Assembly: GCA_040954595.2 (NCBI GenBank)
Contig: CM082589.2
Location: forward strand, 3,548,213 to 3,612,212
Reading direction: 5' to 3'
Length of the DNA: 64,000 nucleotides
DNA from: Balanoglossus misakiensis
Lineage: Eukaryota; Animalia; Hemichordata
Positions 1-14,265 of the stretch are shown piece after piece. Within the stretch, counting starts at the first letter, position 1; every line of letters starts with the position of its first letter. The notes under the pieces were generated by a model that was not told the origin of the DNA, ran no database searches, and saw only the letters and a list, made by a program, of their open reading frames with translations. The position numbers were made by a program, and so were the translations under genes.

Positions 1-239
1 GTCAGGGGCATTCAACCTCTACCTTTCATGAATGAACTGGCCGCTCAATGGGAACTGATATACACAGGCACCCCCTTGTCGCTTTCCATATTGCACAAAG
101 GAGACCGCCAGCTTTTTATCTCGAGAGGGAAACACAATGGTACATAGTTCAATGTTTACTCTTTTGACCTTGCCGTTACGACGTGGGCCGGACCTGGGCT
201 ATTGAGCTGTTTGCACATCTTGCTAATAGGCAGCACTTT

Positions 240-899
240 TTTTGTACCAGTCTCGAGCACTGGAAAGATGTCAATTCAATTCCTTCTAAACATCTTCGAA
301 CGGACACTTTACTTTTGGTCTTTCTCAAACATTTAGCGCCTACACGAAACACACATTCAGGAATTTCATTTTTGTACGAGTCTTGAGCACTGGAAAGATC
401 TCAATTCAATTCCTTCTAAACATCTTCGCACGGACACTTTACTTTTGGTCTTTCTCAAACATTTAGCGCCTACACGAAACACACATTCAGGAATTTCATT
501 TTTGTACGAGTCTTGAGCACTGGAAAGATCTCAATTCAATTCCTTCTAAACATCTTCGCACGGACACTTTACTTTTGGTCTATCTCAAGCATTTAGTGCC
601 TACAGGAAACACACATCCAGGAATTTCATTTTTGTACGAGTCTTGAGGACTGGAAAGATCTCAATTCAATTCCTTCTAAACATCTTCGCACGGACACTTT
701 ACTTTTGGTCTCTATCTCAAGCATTTAGTGCCTACAGGAAACACACATTCAGGAATTTCATTTTTGTATGAGTCTTGAGGACTGGAAAGATCTCAATTCA
801 ATTCCTTCTAAACATCTTCGCACGGACACTTTACTTTTGGTCTCTATCTCAAGCATTTAGCACCGGCATGACACGTGCACAACATTCAGGAATTTCACT
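240..899. repeat. Intronic tandem repeat, ~130 bp x ~5
   Basis: tggaaagat recurs at 261, 391, 521, 651 and 783; near-identical units. Confidence 0.95.
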
Positions 900-1364
900 T
901 CCATCAAGTCACACAGCGACCGACGAAACTGCTGCGGTATGTGAAAACACCACTACTCTGCCTCCCAGCAAAAAGACCATGGCGACCTTTCGCCATGTGG
1001 TGGAGCTGTATTTCTTTTTCCGACTAACAGAACAATGCAAGAGGATGTTCCAGCAATTATTCATTTCCTGTCTTTGGCAGGAAAGTCTATGTCTGGCAAT
1101 TAATCAAACTAGTCCAAAGCATTTTCAGCACACCTTTGTATCTTTAACTGATACATTTTTGTTCAGCAGACTGAAGTCAGACCTTTTTACAGTCTGAATA
1201 GAACACTTTCAATTTCTGTTTCGAGTTACGCATTAGCAATGTATCTTTCCAGGAGAGGCAGCAAACTTTTGAAGAAAAGTATGTCGAGTGTTCAAAAATG
1301 CTGGTGGAATTGAGAGACACATTCTCAGAAAATGTATGCAAATCAAAACAAAACCCCTTTTTAC

Positions 1365-4300
1365 CTCAGCTTCCTGTTGCTTCTCCAGGACTGACTCTTT
1401 CTTGGCTTCGATTGGAGCCTTGACGACTTTGTCCAGTTTATTCTCTGCGTCATCGAGCCATTTAAGTAAGGTTTCGATTCCATCCTGGACACCTTGTGAT
1501 TGTGTTAGAGCTGTCTGTAGCACATTGCTTCGATCAGATGCCTTCTTGATTAGATCTTTGTATTTGGTGTCTGTGTCATCTGGAATAAACCAAGCAAGTC
1601 GAGATTAAATGACTACGCTAAGCCAATTTTGATATTTTCATCCCAGGAGCAAAAAATGTGATTTTCATTCTCTGGAGCCCTTCATCTATCATGGGGACGT
1701 ATGTGTTTACCATCAAAGCTACAGTAACTTCAACTTTGGTATTTTTTTGTTTTGGATGTGGTATATGAAAAAAGGATAAATATAGCACAAGCATCACTTC
1801 TCCATAGGCTGGCCAAGGTCAAAGAACTCCCCAAAGATTATTTGCACAATGGTCTGCAACCAGGTACCGCATAAAGCCCTTGACCTTGCCCTGACATGGT
1901 TTATTTTGGAAACCTGGCTATGCACGATCACACAGCTGAAACCTTCCCACAATTCCTTGCTACTCTCAAGCACATGTCTCAAATTCTGTGCTATCACATC
2001 ATAGACTTTTGTTCTCCATTCCTGTCATTCCATTTCAACACACACAGCGACACAGACAGACATACTGACAGATACACTATCAGAACTCCCAACTCACCAG
2101 ATGTTTTCTGGACTTCATCCTTTCGGTCAGGCTGACTTTCCACCAAATCTTTGCCGGTGTCCTTAACTTTCTCCACATCATTGCCATGCGCGGCAATGTC
2201 AGCTGTCAGGGCCTGTTAAACACAAACATCAAAACAAATACAGTCATTCTCAGAATGTTTCACTTCTCGCATCTCACAAAGGCAATATTTTCCAGCACTG
2301 TAACTAAACTGAAAGGTGGGTGATAAAGTGGTCTATGAAAAGACAGGTACTTATTTACTCTAAGCTGAAGATGACCTCTTTAATTTTATATTATTCCCTG
2401 CATTGTATCTCCCGAAGGAGACATTTAATGAACCCTGTAAAGTTTGAAAATCAATAAAGGTATGTGTTTAAAGAATGTAACGCCTGGCTCTGTTTTATTG
2501 CTCATTAAGTCTCTATTTTGAAGTGTGCATCTAAAATAAAGCGGCTAATCCCATTGAAATCCAGACACTGACCTTTGTTTTGTCAACTTGCTGTTGGACC
2601 GCTTTAGGTTCTGCGGCCACGGGCTCTTGCATCTGCTTCGACAGCTCCGCAGTAGCCTGCTGTATCCATGGCAACACATTATCCAGCGACTCCTGGTATT
2701 TCTTCTGTTTGGAGGCGACCAGCTTGAGTTTACCGCTGTGGTCTTTGCAGTCGGTTTTCAGTTTCTTGTAGCGCTCGTTGATGTCGCTGACTCGGTTGCG
2801 GACAAGGTTTGTGTCGGGATTTTCCGTGAAGGATTTGGCGAAGGACTTGGGCAAGTTGTTGGTTCGGAACTCACTTACTTCTGTTTTGTACTCCTGTATG
2901 GCAGACAAATCAATTAGAAAGAGTCAGGTCATATCCAGAATTATTTTGTTGAAAATATCAGCAAAGATGAAGAAAAAAAATAATTGCACAAAGTATCAAT
3001 ATGAAGATGGAATTTCTGTCAGAAAAGATAAGGAAAGAAATAACTTTCTAGCTCTCTATATGAATCAAATTTATGCTTAATCCACCGAAGTCCCAACATC
3101 TACCAAAATGCAGCAAGACTGCAGCTCATTCTTGAAGATGAAGTTACAACAAAAACTAGCTAATCTCAAAACCCCAGTCCCTAACAGTGGAAAAAACATG
3201 CTAATACACACACAAATATCAAAACTCACCTGGGAACTATGATAACATGCAAATATTAAGCAAATAACAACACCTACCTTTGCATATTCCATAAATTTTT
3301 GCCCGGACATATTGACAAATCTCAGCTCGGCTTTGTGGCTGATGATGTCCTCGTCCACATTCTGCAGTTGTTCTCGCTGATCCTCCAGCCGGCCGATGTT
3401 CCTCGGAATGTCCTTCTTGAAGCTCTCCAGCGTCTCCTCCACCTCCTGGAGCCATTCCTCGAACGGAACGACCTCCTCGGTGAACTTCTCCAGCTCGTCC
3501 GCCCCCGAGCGCAGTTTCTTCACCCGGCATTCCACCTGCACGGTCAGGACCTCGTAGCGAGTGGTCAGCTCGTTGATGTTGATCTGGAGCCTTTCTTTGT
3601 CGTCGTCTCCTATCTTGTCACCCTTGCTGTCAATCAGTTTCTGCGCACTTCGCGACGTTTGTAAAACAGGCTGCTGATGTGCTGAAACATCGTCTTGGAT
3701 TGTCTAATCGAAAAAGAAAACAAAACAATTTCTGATAAAAAAACACGTAAACAAATTTTGGCTGCATGAAAAATGGCATTATATGACCCTCCCAAAATAT
3801 ATACACAGCTTACAAACCTGCATGAATATTTCTGCATATTTTCAGATGTGTTCAACACATCATCAATATTTTATTGCTTCCTCTTGTTCAGTTTTAACTC
3901 ACATGTGCATATTTGTTAATTATAAATGACTTCCTTTAATTTTGAGGTGTCACGCAATGATTAAGAAATATTATATAACTATGTTTAAGACTTCTGTGAA
4001 AACTAAATCAGACACATTTTAATTCCAAATGGCCTTGGACTTAAGAGAATCGAAAAGCGTATATATTTTACTTTTCACACAAGCACTTTTTCGCAGAACA
4101 AACCAAGGCTAACGCACAGGATAGCTGCGGATGTGGCATAGCAACTGCAAGTTAAGCCGAGAAAAATTTAAACGCCATGAATGGGTCGGTGGTCACAAAG
4201 CCTAGGGTTAACAGAAATATTTGGGGTGACCCAATTGTCATTTGTGCCACTTAGGTGCGATTTTGCCGACAGCTAGGTGTGAAGGAAATTCCACTTGTCT

Positions 4301-5786
4301 GCAGACGGCAGAGTAAACTTTGCACATATCAAGTGGTCGGCAGATTTTTATCAGATGTGCTTAGGATTTCACCCTTTGAACCAAAATAAATTAAATTGGC
4401 AATCCATGACACTTGACACAATTACTGAATGGAATGCAGTTTACAGTCCGTGCTATAATACGCTATAAATTTTCCCACCAATTTGATTCTTAAAATCGAT
4501 AGATTTCTGCACTTTGTATCAATTTGAGTGAATTTTTGTCATCCCTCTCTCCCCTATTATCCTCTCAAGATAAAGTCGTAACTTGTTGGTGGTAGGTAAC
4601 AGTTTATATTTTGTTCTCCTGTCCATGAACTTTTGCAATTAAAATTTCAGGTTTTTTATAGAATGAAATGACAATATCAGGGCAGTATGTACAGGTCCTT
4701 TTGCATTCAAATGTCAAATGACAAACTATTAATAGTAACTTTCATGCAAATGACTTTTTTTACTTTTTATCATGAAAAAACATTAATCCTCCACTGTCAT
4801 TTCACAATGGAAAATCTCTTTTCAAATTGGAACATTTGTCATTTTTTAAAAATCTGACAGCTGCTAAGAAAAGGTACAATACACATGAATGTAATAAATG
4901 GACACAACACAACAGATGACCTGTCATGAACAATGGAGACACATTTTTTTTTTAAATTATCGGTGTTCAGTCTGATGATGACGTATCGCACACCTACACG
5001 TATCTTGTTTGATTAACGAAATCCACCTCACATTTGCACGTAGGCAGTTAACGAAAACCCTGGTTAACACTTCTCCCAGTGATTTTAGATCACGAACTAC
5101 AACCTGTGATAACCTGCACCCAGTAACCCTGATATGTAACCAAGATTCCAACTTCAGAGTCTGGAATTCTTGTTCCAGAAGTTCAAATATTAGAAATCAA
5201 TAAACTCAAGGTGGCATCCAGATTTGTTTTATCAACAAAGGATACCTCTAATCCTTATCACAGATAACTCTGACATTAATTTTGTTGATGACATTTGCTC
5301 AATGTTCAAAAAGCAAATACTGACAGTCAAGAGATTATACAACAGTGAATATACAGGGAAGACGTGGGTAAATATTATTCTTCTTATCAAGTGAGCACTT
5401 GGTAATTTGTGTTCGAGTACGATTCTAATCTCTGTCCATAGTTTACCGGATGTTTGATCACCCATCAAGACATCTGTCCACAGTTTATCAGACTGGTTGA
5501 TCATGAAACCTGTCACCTGATAAGCTCCTGCACAGCGATTCGATAGACTAGTGATTTCTCTTGACCAATCACACATTGGGATATATAAATATAATTAAAA
5601 AAACAATTGAAAGCACAGTTTTGGTGTTGTAACCCATACCTTGTTTTCTTTCACTTGGTCAGTCAGTGGTTTGATAACTTCTTGCATGGGTTGTTGATGG
5701 CCCAGCTTCTTCTCTGTTGCAATCACCCATTCCAAGAGATCCTGGATTGCGTTGGATTCTTCACTGTACCTTTTCTGCAGTGCATC
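1365..5786 (-). CDS. Spectrin super-repeat unit 9 (first 5 exons; continues beyond the window)
   Basis: Exons 5640-5786, 3278-3703, 2573-2893, 2098-2212, 1365-1579 with the same 147/426/321/115/215 sizes. Confidence 0.88.
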
Positions 5787-8700
5787 CTAATTAGAAAGGG
5801 AAATAAAAATAACATTTAAAAGGTTTAATCAAATATTTTCTTGGATTTAACCTTTCCCACCACACAGAATGCCAATTTGTTTGAGAGTGTGTTTGTATGT
5901 TTATGTCCCAATTAGACTTACAATGGGACCATGTCATCCTACAGGGTTCAAACGAACTTACGTAATTTTTCTGACTGTTGATGGTAATACAGGTAGAACA
6001 AAAACAAAATCACTCCAGGCCAGCATGATGCACATTATAAGCTCATGACAGTAGATACATGTGCGTTCACCTTTTGCAGAGATATCAAATCAAGAGCTAA
6101 TAAAAATTTGTGTCCGTTTTATTGGCTTGCTGCTTGGGGTACAGAAAACCACTACCATCAAATACCACCATTACAGCCTCAACAGGTGGTATAGGACTAT
6201 GAATGCGGTAATACAATTATTTGTGAAGGCCATCGTTTGTCTCATTGTTATAGATACATAATATGTTAATAAACTTGGTAATAAACACTGTATCTATCTA
6301 TCTATCTATCTCACCCAAACCACATTTCTGTCCTCAAAAATCGGTTTTCATGACCAAAAAAAAGATCAGTGTAGGTTGATTAATGACCCTTGCATTGCCA
6401 CTGTCCTTCATGTAAAATATATATATATATCCCACTTGCCTTGAATTTAACACAGGCACACACCACACGTTTTGCCATGTTACGAGCGGTTGGGAAGGGT
6501 TTCTACACAAGCACAAGCCGGCACATTTAACATCCTTGGAGCGATCAACCGTCCATGAACCAAAAACCCGAGCAGTAACTACACCATGGCGATAAATTTC
6601 CGGGAGGAATTCCGTCAACTACAACTACTAGTGCCTCGCTTTTTTTTCGCTGACACTCACATTGTCACGGAAACAACAGAACCCCGGAAAGATGCAGGTA
6701 CCGCTGGCAACGGCCTTTTCACATATGCACAACGACCATCATGAGGGGGCTAATTTATGCATAAAAACAGCTGCTCCGGGGACAATGACAATAAAATAAA
6801 TGATCACCAGATGACTGTAAAACACAACTATCTCTTTTTGATGGTGGCTGTCACTGCAGTTTACACGGCATTGTTACTTTTGTGTGTTTGCTGTCAACAG
6901 CTGCGGTTTCATGGACCAATGTCACATCAATATTACGAATGATCGGCAGATATGTGCAGATAATGCTGTTGAAAAATAACATTGTTTTTTTTTCACCAAT
7001 CAAAATCTTCTCCAACATGTACACATGCAAATATCAACACTATCTTTATGCATTTAATAAATTTTTATGGCATTTTTAAAATTATGCAACTGGAGTGTAC
7101 TTAAAAAAATACATCAAACTGAGGAGACACACAGACAAAAAACCAGGGTTCTTTTACGTAGATATCACAACATATGTTACTTTTGACGCACAATTTTCAC
7201 AAACAATGCCGATTTCAATTATTTCTGCTTCACTAAATTTACATGTGGCATTTGCACATTTCTTTCATATGCAAAACGCTTGACCTCATTATAGTCATAA
7301 ATAACTGCTATTTCTAGTTATTAGTCATACAAACATCACTTCTACATGTATATTATCTTCATGTTTTACGTGGTGGGGTGCTGGTATTATTCTCATCATT
7401 AAAACTTTATTTTTGAACACTGTTCATGTATGTACACGTTCATTTACAATCACATTAAAACACAACACCAACCTAGCGATTTGTTTTACGAATCTATTTA
7501 TACACTAGTACCCACCTTATCTGCTTTCTCTTTTTCCAGATGTGTGAGGGCAGCTTGCAGATCTTGGAGTCTGTCCTTAGCTCTGGTGGTGACATCGTCA
7601 GCACCTTTCTTCAAGTCGTCGACCTTTCCTTCCAAGCCATCCTTTTGTTCTGGTGTTAATTTATCACCACTATCTGTGAGGAACTGCCCAGCTGCCTGGA
7701 CAGCTTCTGTGATTGGAGTCTTGTGGGCTGTGATGTCCTCCACCAGTGGCTGAACAGAGAGATGGGAGAACACATGTGTCAAAGAAGCTGTCATCTGTTG
7801 GTGTTTTCTTATTTTTCTCTATTATCTCTTGTAATTGTCTTTGTGTGTGTTTTTGTTGTCTTTTTTATTGAGATCAGACATCAGAGACATGTTACAACTG
7901 CAAGATTATTCAAAAACAGTTTACTTCATACATGAAACCACAAATAACATTGCCTGTAGTTTCTAGTGCTTCCAGTGACCTACACACCATGAAACTAGGT
8001 CACACTGACATTGAATCGTCCAATTATACACACATCTGAAGACATCCTTCGAATTAACGGACGCTTGGACTATTCCCAATATGTCCATTAAAGTGTGATT
8101 TCACCACTCAATTCAGATCAGTTGACCCAAATTCCACGGAGGAAAAATACCCTTGTCCAGAGATTTAATCCCGCATACCTTGTGTTCATTGAGTTGTTCA
8201 GTGACTGTTTCCAGCTCAGTGGCCACGGGCTCCTGAGAACTGAGTTTCTGGTCAGTGTCCTTGACCCAGTCCAGGTTGGCCTGAACGGCGTTGGACTTGT
8301 CGGTCAACAGTGCCACCAGTGTCAGAGTGGAGTCCAACTCTTGTTGTCTGTCGTCCAACATCTTGTTCAGTTTGTTGAATCGGTCGTTGACTTCGTTTAC
8401 TTGTTTCATCACATCTGATGGTTCTGTGGAATTGATGAAGTCCATAATCATATTTTATCAGTAAAGAATATTCCATATGTCCTATTTCTTAACAGAATCC
8501 AGATTTCCACTTTGACATAAATTATATCGATATCAAGATTGAATGACTGAAAACAAATCAGAATCCCATCAAATCCTTTCACTTCTGAAATCAAACCTTT
8601 CAAAGTAAATTAAACTTTGCATCTTCCCTGTCACAGAATTTTATTTTCCCAAGACAATAACTACAAATGTCACCTACCATGTAAGAAATCGCCAGGTACA

Positions 8701-11700
8701 CCTTGATCAGACAGTCTCCTGACTCTCTTCCTCTCTTCTGGTTTCTTAGCAACCGCCTCCTCTGTTGGAGCAAGGATGTCTATACTTCGCTTCGGTTTCA
8801 GCAGTGGTGAAGTCGGAGTTGGTTGCTCGGCAACCATTGTCAGTGATTCTAGCTCATAGCCAAGCTCTGTGACAGTCTCTATGTCTGGCCTTAGATCCTC
8901 CAGTTCCACTTTGATCGGCTGTAATAAAGAATGAATTTATATAACAATTAACAGGGCTATGACTTAGACCATATATGTCAGACATCTAATTTTGCATTAT
9001 GTTCATACTTTCACATGATTTTAAAAGATTTAAGACACTCTTATTACCTTCTGCCCCTCGACCTGTGATTTGAGAGTGTCGACATCTTTGCCAACACCGT
9101 CCAAGTCGTTAATTCTGTCCTCGATGGCATCCAGGAAGTCAGAAGCTTCTCTGACTGCTGTGGTGAATTTCTCATGCGCTTTCTGCCTTTCGTCCAGTTG
9201 TTTGTTTCTGCAGAAAAGATGTGACACCAGGAGATTGCTTTATAGAATCTTAATACGGAAACAACTAAACACAAGTTATTCACATATACAGTGCCAAGAA
9301 CATTTATTGTGAAGTTAGGAATCACTTGCAGTGACAGTGTGTTGTGTGCTCATGGATTGAATGCCCTGGGTTTGAAAGTGTGGTGATTTACTCGTGCAAA
9401 CCACTGAATGGGTACATGTATATTCTTATTGGAAATTGCAGTTAAAATTGTGTTCAAATTGTGGTTTCTCTGAAGATTGTACTTAGTGTACTGACCTTCT
9501 TCCCATACCATCTTGCAACGCCTGCCAATTCTTGTTGACATTGTCCACCACAGTCGTCACCTTGGATGTGTCAGCCGCCTGGGGATCCTTGACGAGGTTG
9601 TTGGCCAGTTCCTTGATACGTTCATAGCTTGGCTTGTGATCCTCTCTTTCACTGCCAATTTCCTGCAATGCAAACAGGGGGGTTGTCAAAGTCAAGTTCC
9701 AAGTTCACACAGCAAAAGAGTTTTCATTAAAAATGGTTAGCACACCAACAACTGACCAAAGTTGTTTGGAGTGGAAAGGGCAAAGGTCTTACCAGTAGCT
9801 GCGTGCCGAGTTGCAGCAACTCCATCTTCTCCATTTCCTGAGAATCCAGCGTTTCCAGCGTCGGGATCAGCCAGTCTTCCAGCCCGTCGACTTCATCCAT
9901 GAAATCGGCCAGTCTGTCCTGCAGACTCAGCAGATATTCGCCCACCTCGCTGACCGTATCCCAACTTCTGCCAAGACGCCCGTTGAGGTCGTCCAGTTTC
10001 TCCTGTACAGAGTGTGCCATGGAGGTGTCACTCTGGGTGATCAGCTTGGTTGCTGATTCGTTGACGGTATTCACACCTGGTTTGTGGCTGGTCAGTTCAC
10101 TGTGCAGAGCCTGTACAGAGTTTGAAAAAAAGGTAACAAAGCTGTAAATTTTCTGTACTTCAACTTTATGAGTATTACTAACGGTATGATTGGACATGTG
10201 AACAAGAAGATAAAATGACCACCCCCCAAACTAACGGTTTGCGCCATCATTTTAAACAGTAAGACTAAACCAAAGCCCACATGGGGGATTGGCAGGGTGG
10301 GACAGGTCAATGTCTATACCTTCTGTTTTTGCAAGACAGCAAGCAGCTCTTCCTTCTGTATGATGACAGGGGTGTGGAACTCCAAGGTTTCAACTTTGGG
10401 TTCGAATTCGTCCAGCCACTTGATGAGAGCGTCGAGACCGTCCTGCACGCTCTGCGACTTTGTGAGGGCGGTTTGCAAGGCGTTGTTTCGGTCTTTCACT
10501 TGTGCTTCCAGAGCCGTAAACCTCTCTGTTGCATCAGCTTCAAAAAGGGAGGGAAAATAATCTTTAAAATTTCAACATCAAGCCTTGAAAAGGAGAGTAA
10601 AAGATTGATTTTTGTTTTTCAATACAAAACCTTCAACCTCCAACATCCAAAGTTCCACCCACCTATTGTCTTTTCAACTGGTTCTTTCAGTTCGGGCTGC
10701 ACTTCTGTCAGCTCCTTGCCAGCTGATTTTACTTTGTCGATGTCTCTGTTGTGGGCACTCACACCATCCTGTAATGCCTTTAAAATAAACATAAATTGTA
10801 AAATGTGCCAATAACACCTTTTTATCTTGAAATAAAATGAAATTTGGACGAAGATGTTATGATGTTCAAATCCTTGTTTTTTATCTTGTTTTGTAAATTC
10901 TCACCTTCAACTTCTCAATCTGTTCATTCACCAAGTCTGGCTCAGCACCGATAGGCTCTTTGACCAAATTGGCCATCTCCTCCTCAGTTGCCTGTAACCA
11001 AGGCAACAGATCATCCAACGTGTCGTTGTACTTCTGGGTCTTGTCAACCAGTTCGTTGAGTTTCTCAGTGTGCTGGCTGCCCTTGGCCTTGAGTTTGTTG
11101 TATCTGTCGTTCAAGTTCGTCAGCTTGGCCTTGGTCCTGTAGGTTTCTGGTGCTTCCTTGAAATCCTTGGCAACCGGTTTGGGAAGGGCTGTCTCACGGA
11201 AGTCGGCCAGATCTTTCTTATACTCCTGTTTGTGAGAGGAACAAAGTCAAATGTTTATGATGGGGACCTCACATGTACAGAGAATCTGAGCTGGGCTTTG
11301 ATCTTATAGCTTGGGGAAATACATGTATAGACAAATAAGAAACCCTAACTTTGAACACTGACAATATATAAAGAAATTTGAGCAGCCTTCTCCCATCCTT
11401 CTTTCAAAGAGAATGAAACATTTCAAAAAGGAAAAGAAACTGCTACTGAAATCTGTTATCATGACAGCAGTTATCACCCTGAGCTCACCTTGGCAATCTC
11501 CAAGAACTGGTGCCCAGACATATTGATGAATTTCAGGTCAGCCTTGTGGTCCACCACGTCCTCGGTGAAAGCCTTCATCTCCTTCGTCTGATCCCTCAGA
11601 ACCTCTCTGTCTTTGCCCACATCCGCGATCAGATCGTCCAGCTTCTTCTCCGCTGTGGTCAGCCAATCATCGAAGGTTGTCGACTCCACCTCGAATTTCT

Positions 11701-12665
11701 TGACCTCCTCCACGGCCGTCTTGATCTTCTTCACTCTGGTCTCGGTCTGCATGATCAAGCCGTCGTACCGCGTCTTGAGACTGCTGATGTTGTCTTCCAA
11801 CTTCGTCTTCTTGATTTCGTCCAGTTTGTCGCCTTCAGTTGCCAACAGTGACTGAGCAGCCTGAGTGGCTACAATCACTGGTCTCTGATGGCTTGTCACA
11901 TCATCTTGGATTATCTGAAATAAATTCAAAATAAAATAATTTTTTTCATATTCTTTTAGATGGCAGACACAAACAAGAGCAAGACACAGCAATTTCCTGT
12001 AGATTGTCTAAAGCCCTTGTTTTCCTTTGAAATGTCTATCAAGTTAATCCAGTTGCTTTTAGATAAAGTTGATAAAGAATTTCCACCTTTAATACCAGTA
12101 TATCTCACCTTATTCTCATCCTGTAGGTCTGTCAGGGTCTTGGAATCTTCCTTCATCGGTTGCTGGGAGCCAAGTTTCTTCTCGGTTTCAAAAACCCAGT
12201 CAAGGAGATCCTGGATGTCTGTGTTTTGCTCGGTGAATTTCTCCTCAAGTGCAGCCTGGAAGAAGAAGATTGTTTTTTAATTTAGATACTACATGTACAA
12301 CACACTGTTTGGGGAATTTATTTGATTCTCAAGAATGTAATGCTGGTTGATAGTATGGGGGATACACTGTCAATTAATTTCAATATCTACCTTTTCAGCT
12401 TCATCTTTCTGGAGTTTTGCCAGCAAGTCTTGAAGTTGATCGAGTCTGTCTTGAGACTTGACATCGACACTGTCGTAAGCGTCTTTCAAGTCGTTGACCA
12501 GTTTCTGCAACTCGGCTGCTTCTTCTGGTTTCAGTTTGTCTTTGTTGTCTTTCAAGAAGTCTTCAGTGTCTTTGATGGCGTCTGAAACTGGTGACTTGTG
12601 CTTGTTGATGTCATCAACAAGTGTCTGTGGAGCAGAGGAAATGAGAATTTTTCCATCATTGTCAA

Positions 12666-12759
<94 letters not shown>

Positions 12760-12791
12760 TACATCATCATCATCATCATCATCATCATCTA

Positions 12792-12823
<32 letters not shown>

Positions 12824-12857
12824 CCATCACCATCACCATCACCATCACCACCATCAC

Positions 12858-12895
<38 letters not shown>

Positions 12896-12941
12896 CCACC
12901 ATCATCATCGTCATCATCACCATCACCATCATCACCATCAC

Positions 12942-12979
<38 letters not shown>

Positions 12980-14234
12980 CCACCACCATCATCATCGTCA
13001 TCATCATCGTCGTCATCGTCAATTCTTTCTGATCCACTAACACTTTTAATTTCTAATTCTCACCTTCTGTTCTTCCAGCTGGCCGGCCACAGGTGCCAAC
13101 TCCTCCCCGATTGGTGCCTGTGACGACAACTGATCCTGGACTTCCACAACCCAGTCCAGCATTGGCTGTACTTTGTTGGTCTTGTCGTTCAGTCCCTTCA
13201 TCAGGTTCAGTGAATCATCCAGGTTATTCTTCCTGTCTGCCAGTTTGTCCACCAATGCCTTGTGTCTGTCGGTGACATCTTTAGCCTGTTTGGCATTTTC
13301 TGATGTTCCTGGTGATGGAAAAAGAAGATGTCCAAAAAAAACGTCAGCAAGGCACTTTATAACAAATAATACTTGGAAATGACCAAATATGGACAGGGTC
13401 AAAAGTGTACATTAGTATCATATGTGGTTATATAGAAAATGTCAAGTGCATAGCCAGTGATCGGGAAAGCCACATTCTAATAGAAAATTCTTCACTCACC
13501 TAGCAGGAAGTCACTTGGCATAATTTCATCAGATGGACGTCTTGCTCCCGGTTCCTCTTTCTTGGGAGATTTGTCAGCGCTGATAACTCTGGATCGCCTT
13601 CTCTCGGGTCCTGTCACAACATCTCCCTCTAGTGGTTTGGTAAGGGCATCCAGGTGAGCGCTGAGTTTCTGCACTTCATCCACGGTTGGTTTGAAGTCTT
13701 CAACTTCTTTCTGGACGGGCTGTCGGAGTGAAGATTCAAACATCGTTTTATCTCACGGACAAGGAACTGTTATTTTGTATCATTTTAATGTAGGAGTAGA
13801 ATTTTATGTGAAATAAAACCAAAAATTCTCATTTACCTTCTGCTCATCAATCTGGTCTTCTAATTTCTTGACGTCCCTAGCAACCGGTTTGAGGTGACCG
13901 ACATCGTCCTCCATCTTGTCAAGTTTGTCTGATGCATCCTTCATCAGAGTGGCGAATTTCTCATGCACCTTCTTCCTGTCAGCAAGCTGTCTGTTCCGCC
14001 TCTTGAGAGCGCTCTCGAGGGCCTTCCAGTTCTCGTTGACATTCTTCAGAGTTCCAGACACAACTGTCTTGTCTTTTGGTTTGGCGTCTTTCATCAACTC
14101 GTCACCGATTTTCTTGATGGTGTCGTACGTGGGTTTGTGTTCATCCTTCTCATTGGAAATTCCCTGCGAAGAAACAAGAACTCATATGTTAATGTTGACT
14201 TGCCATTTGTTTAAGCAATTACAAACTGCATTTG

Positions 14235-14265
<31 letters not shown>

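Noticed and set aside
240-899. CRISPR-like periodicity and ORFs 183-386 and 775-1197
   Set aside because: Units are contiguous with no unique spacers, the context is eukaryotic, and the ORFs just read through the repeat.
5246-5269. 24-nt AG...GT segment as a microexon
   Set aside because: In-frame TGA in the required phase and no pyrimidine tract.
12494-13123. Poly-Ser, poly-Ile and poly-Met ORFs
   Set aside because: Translations of an intronic (ATC)n microsatellite.
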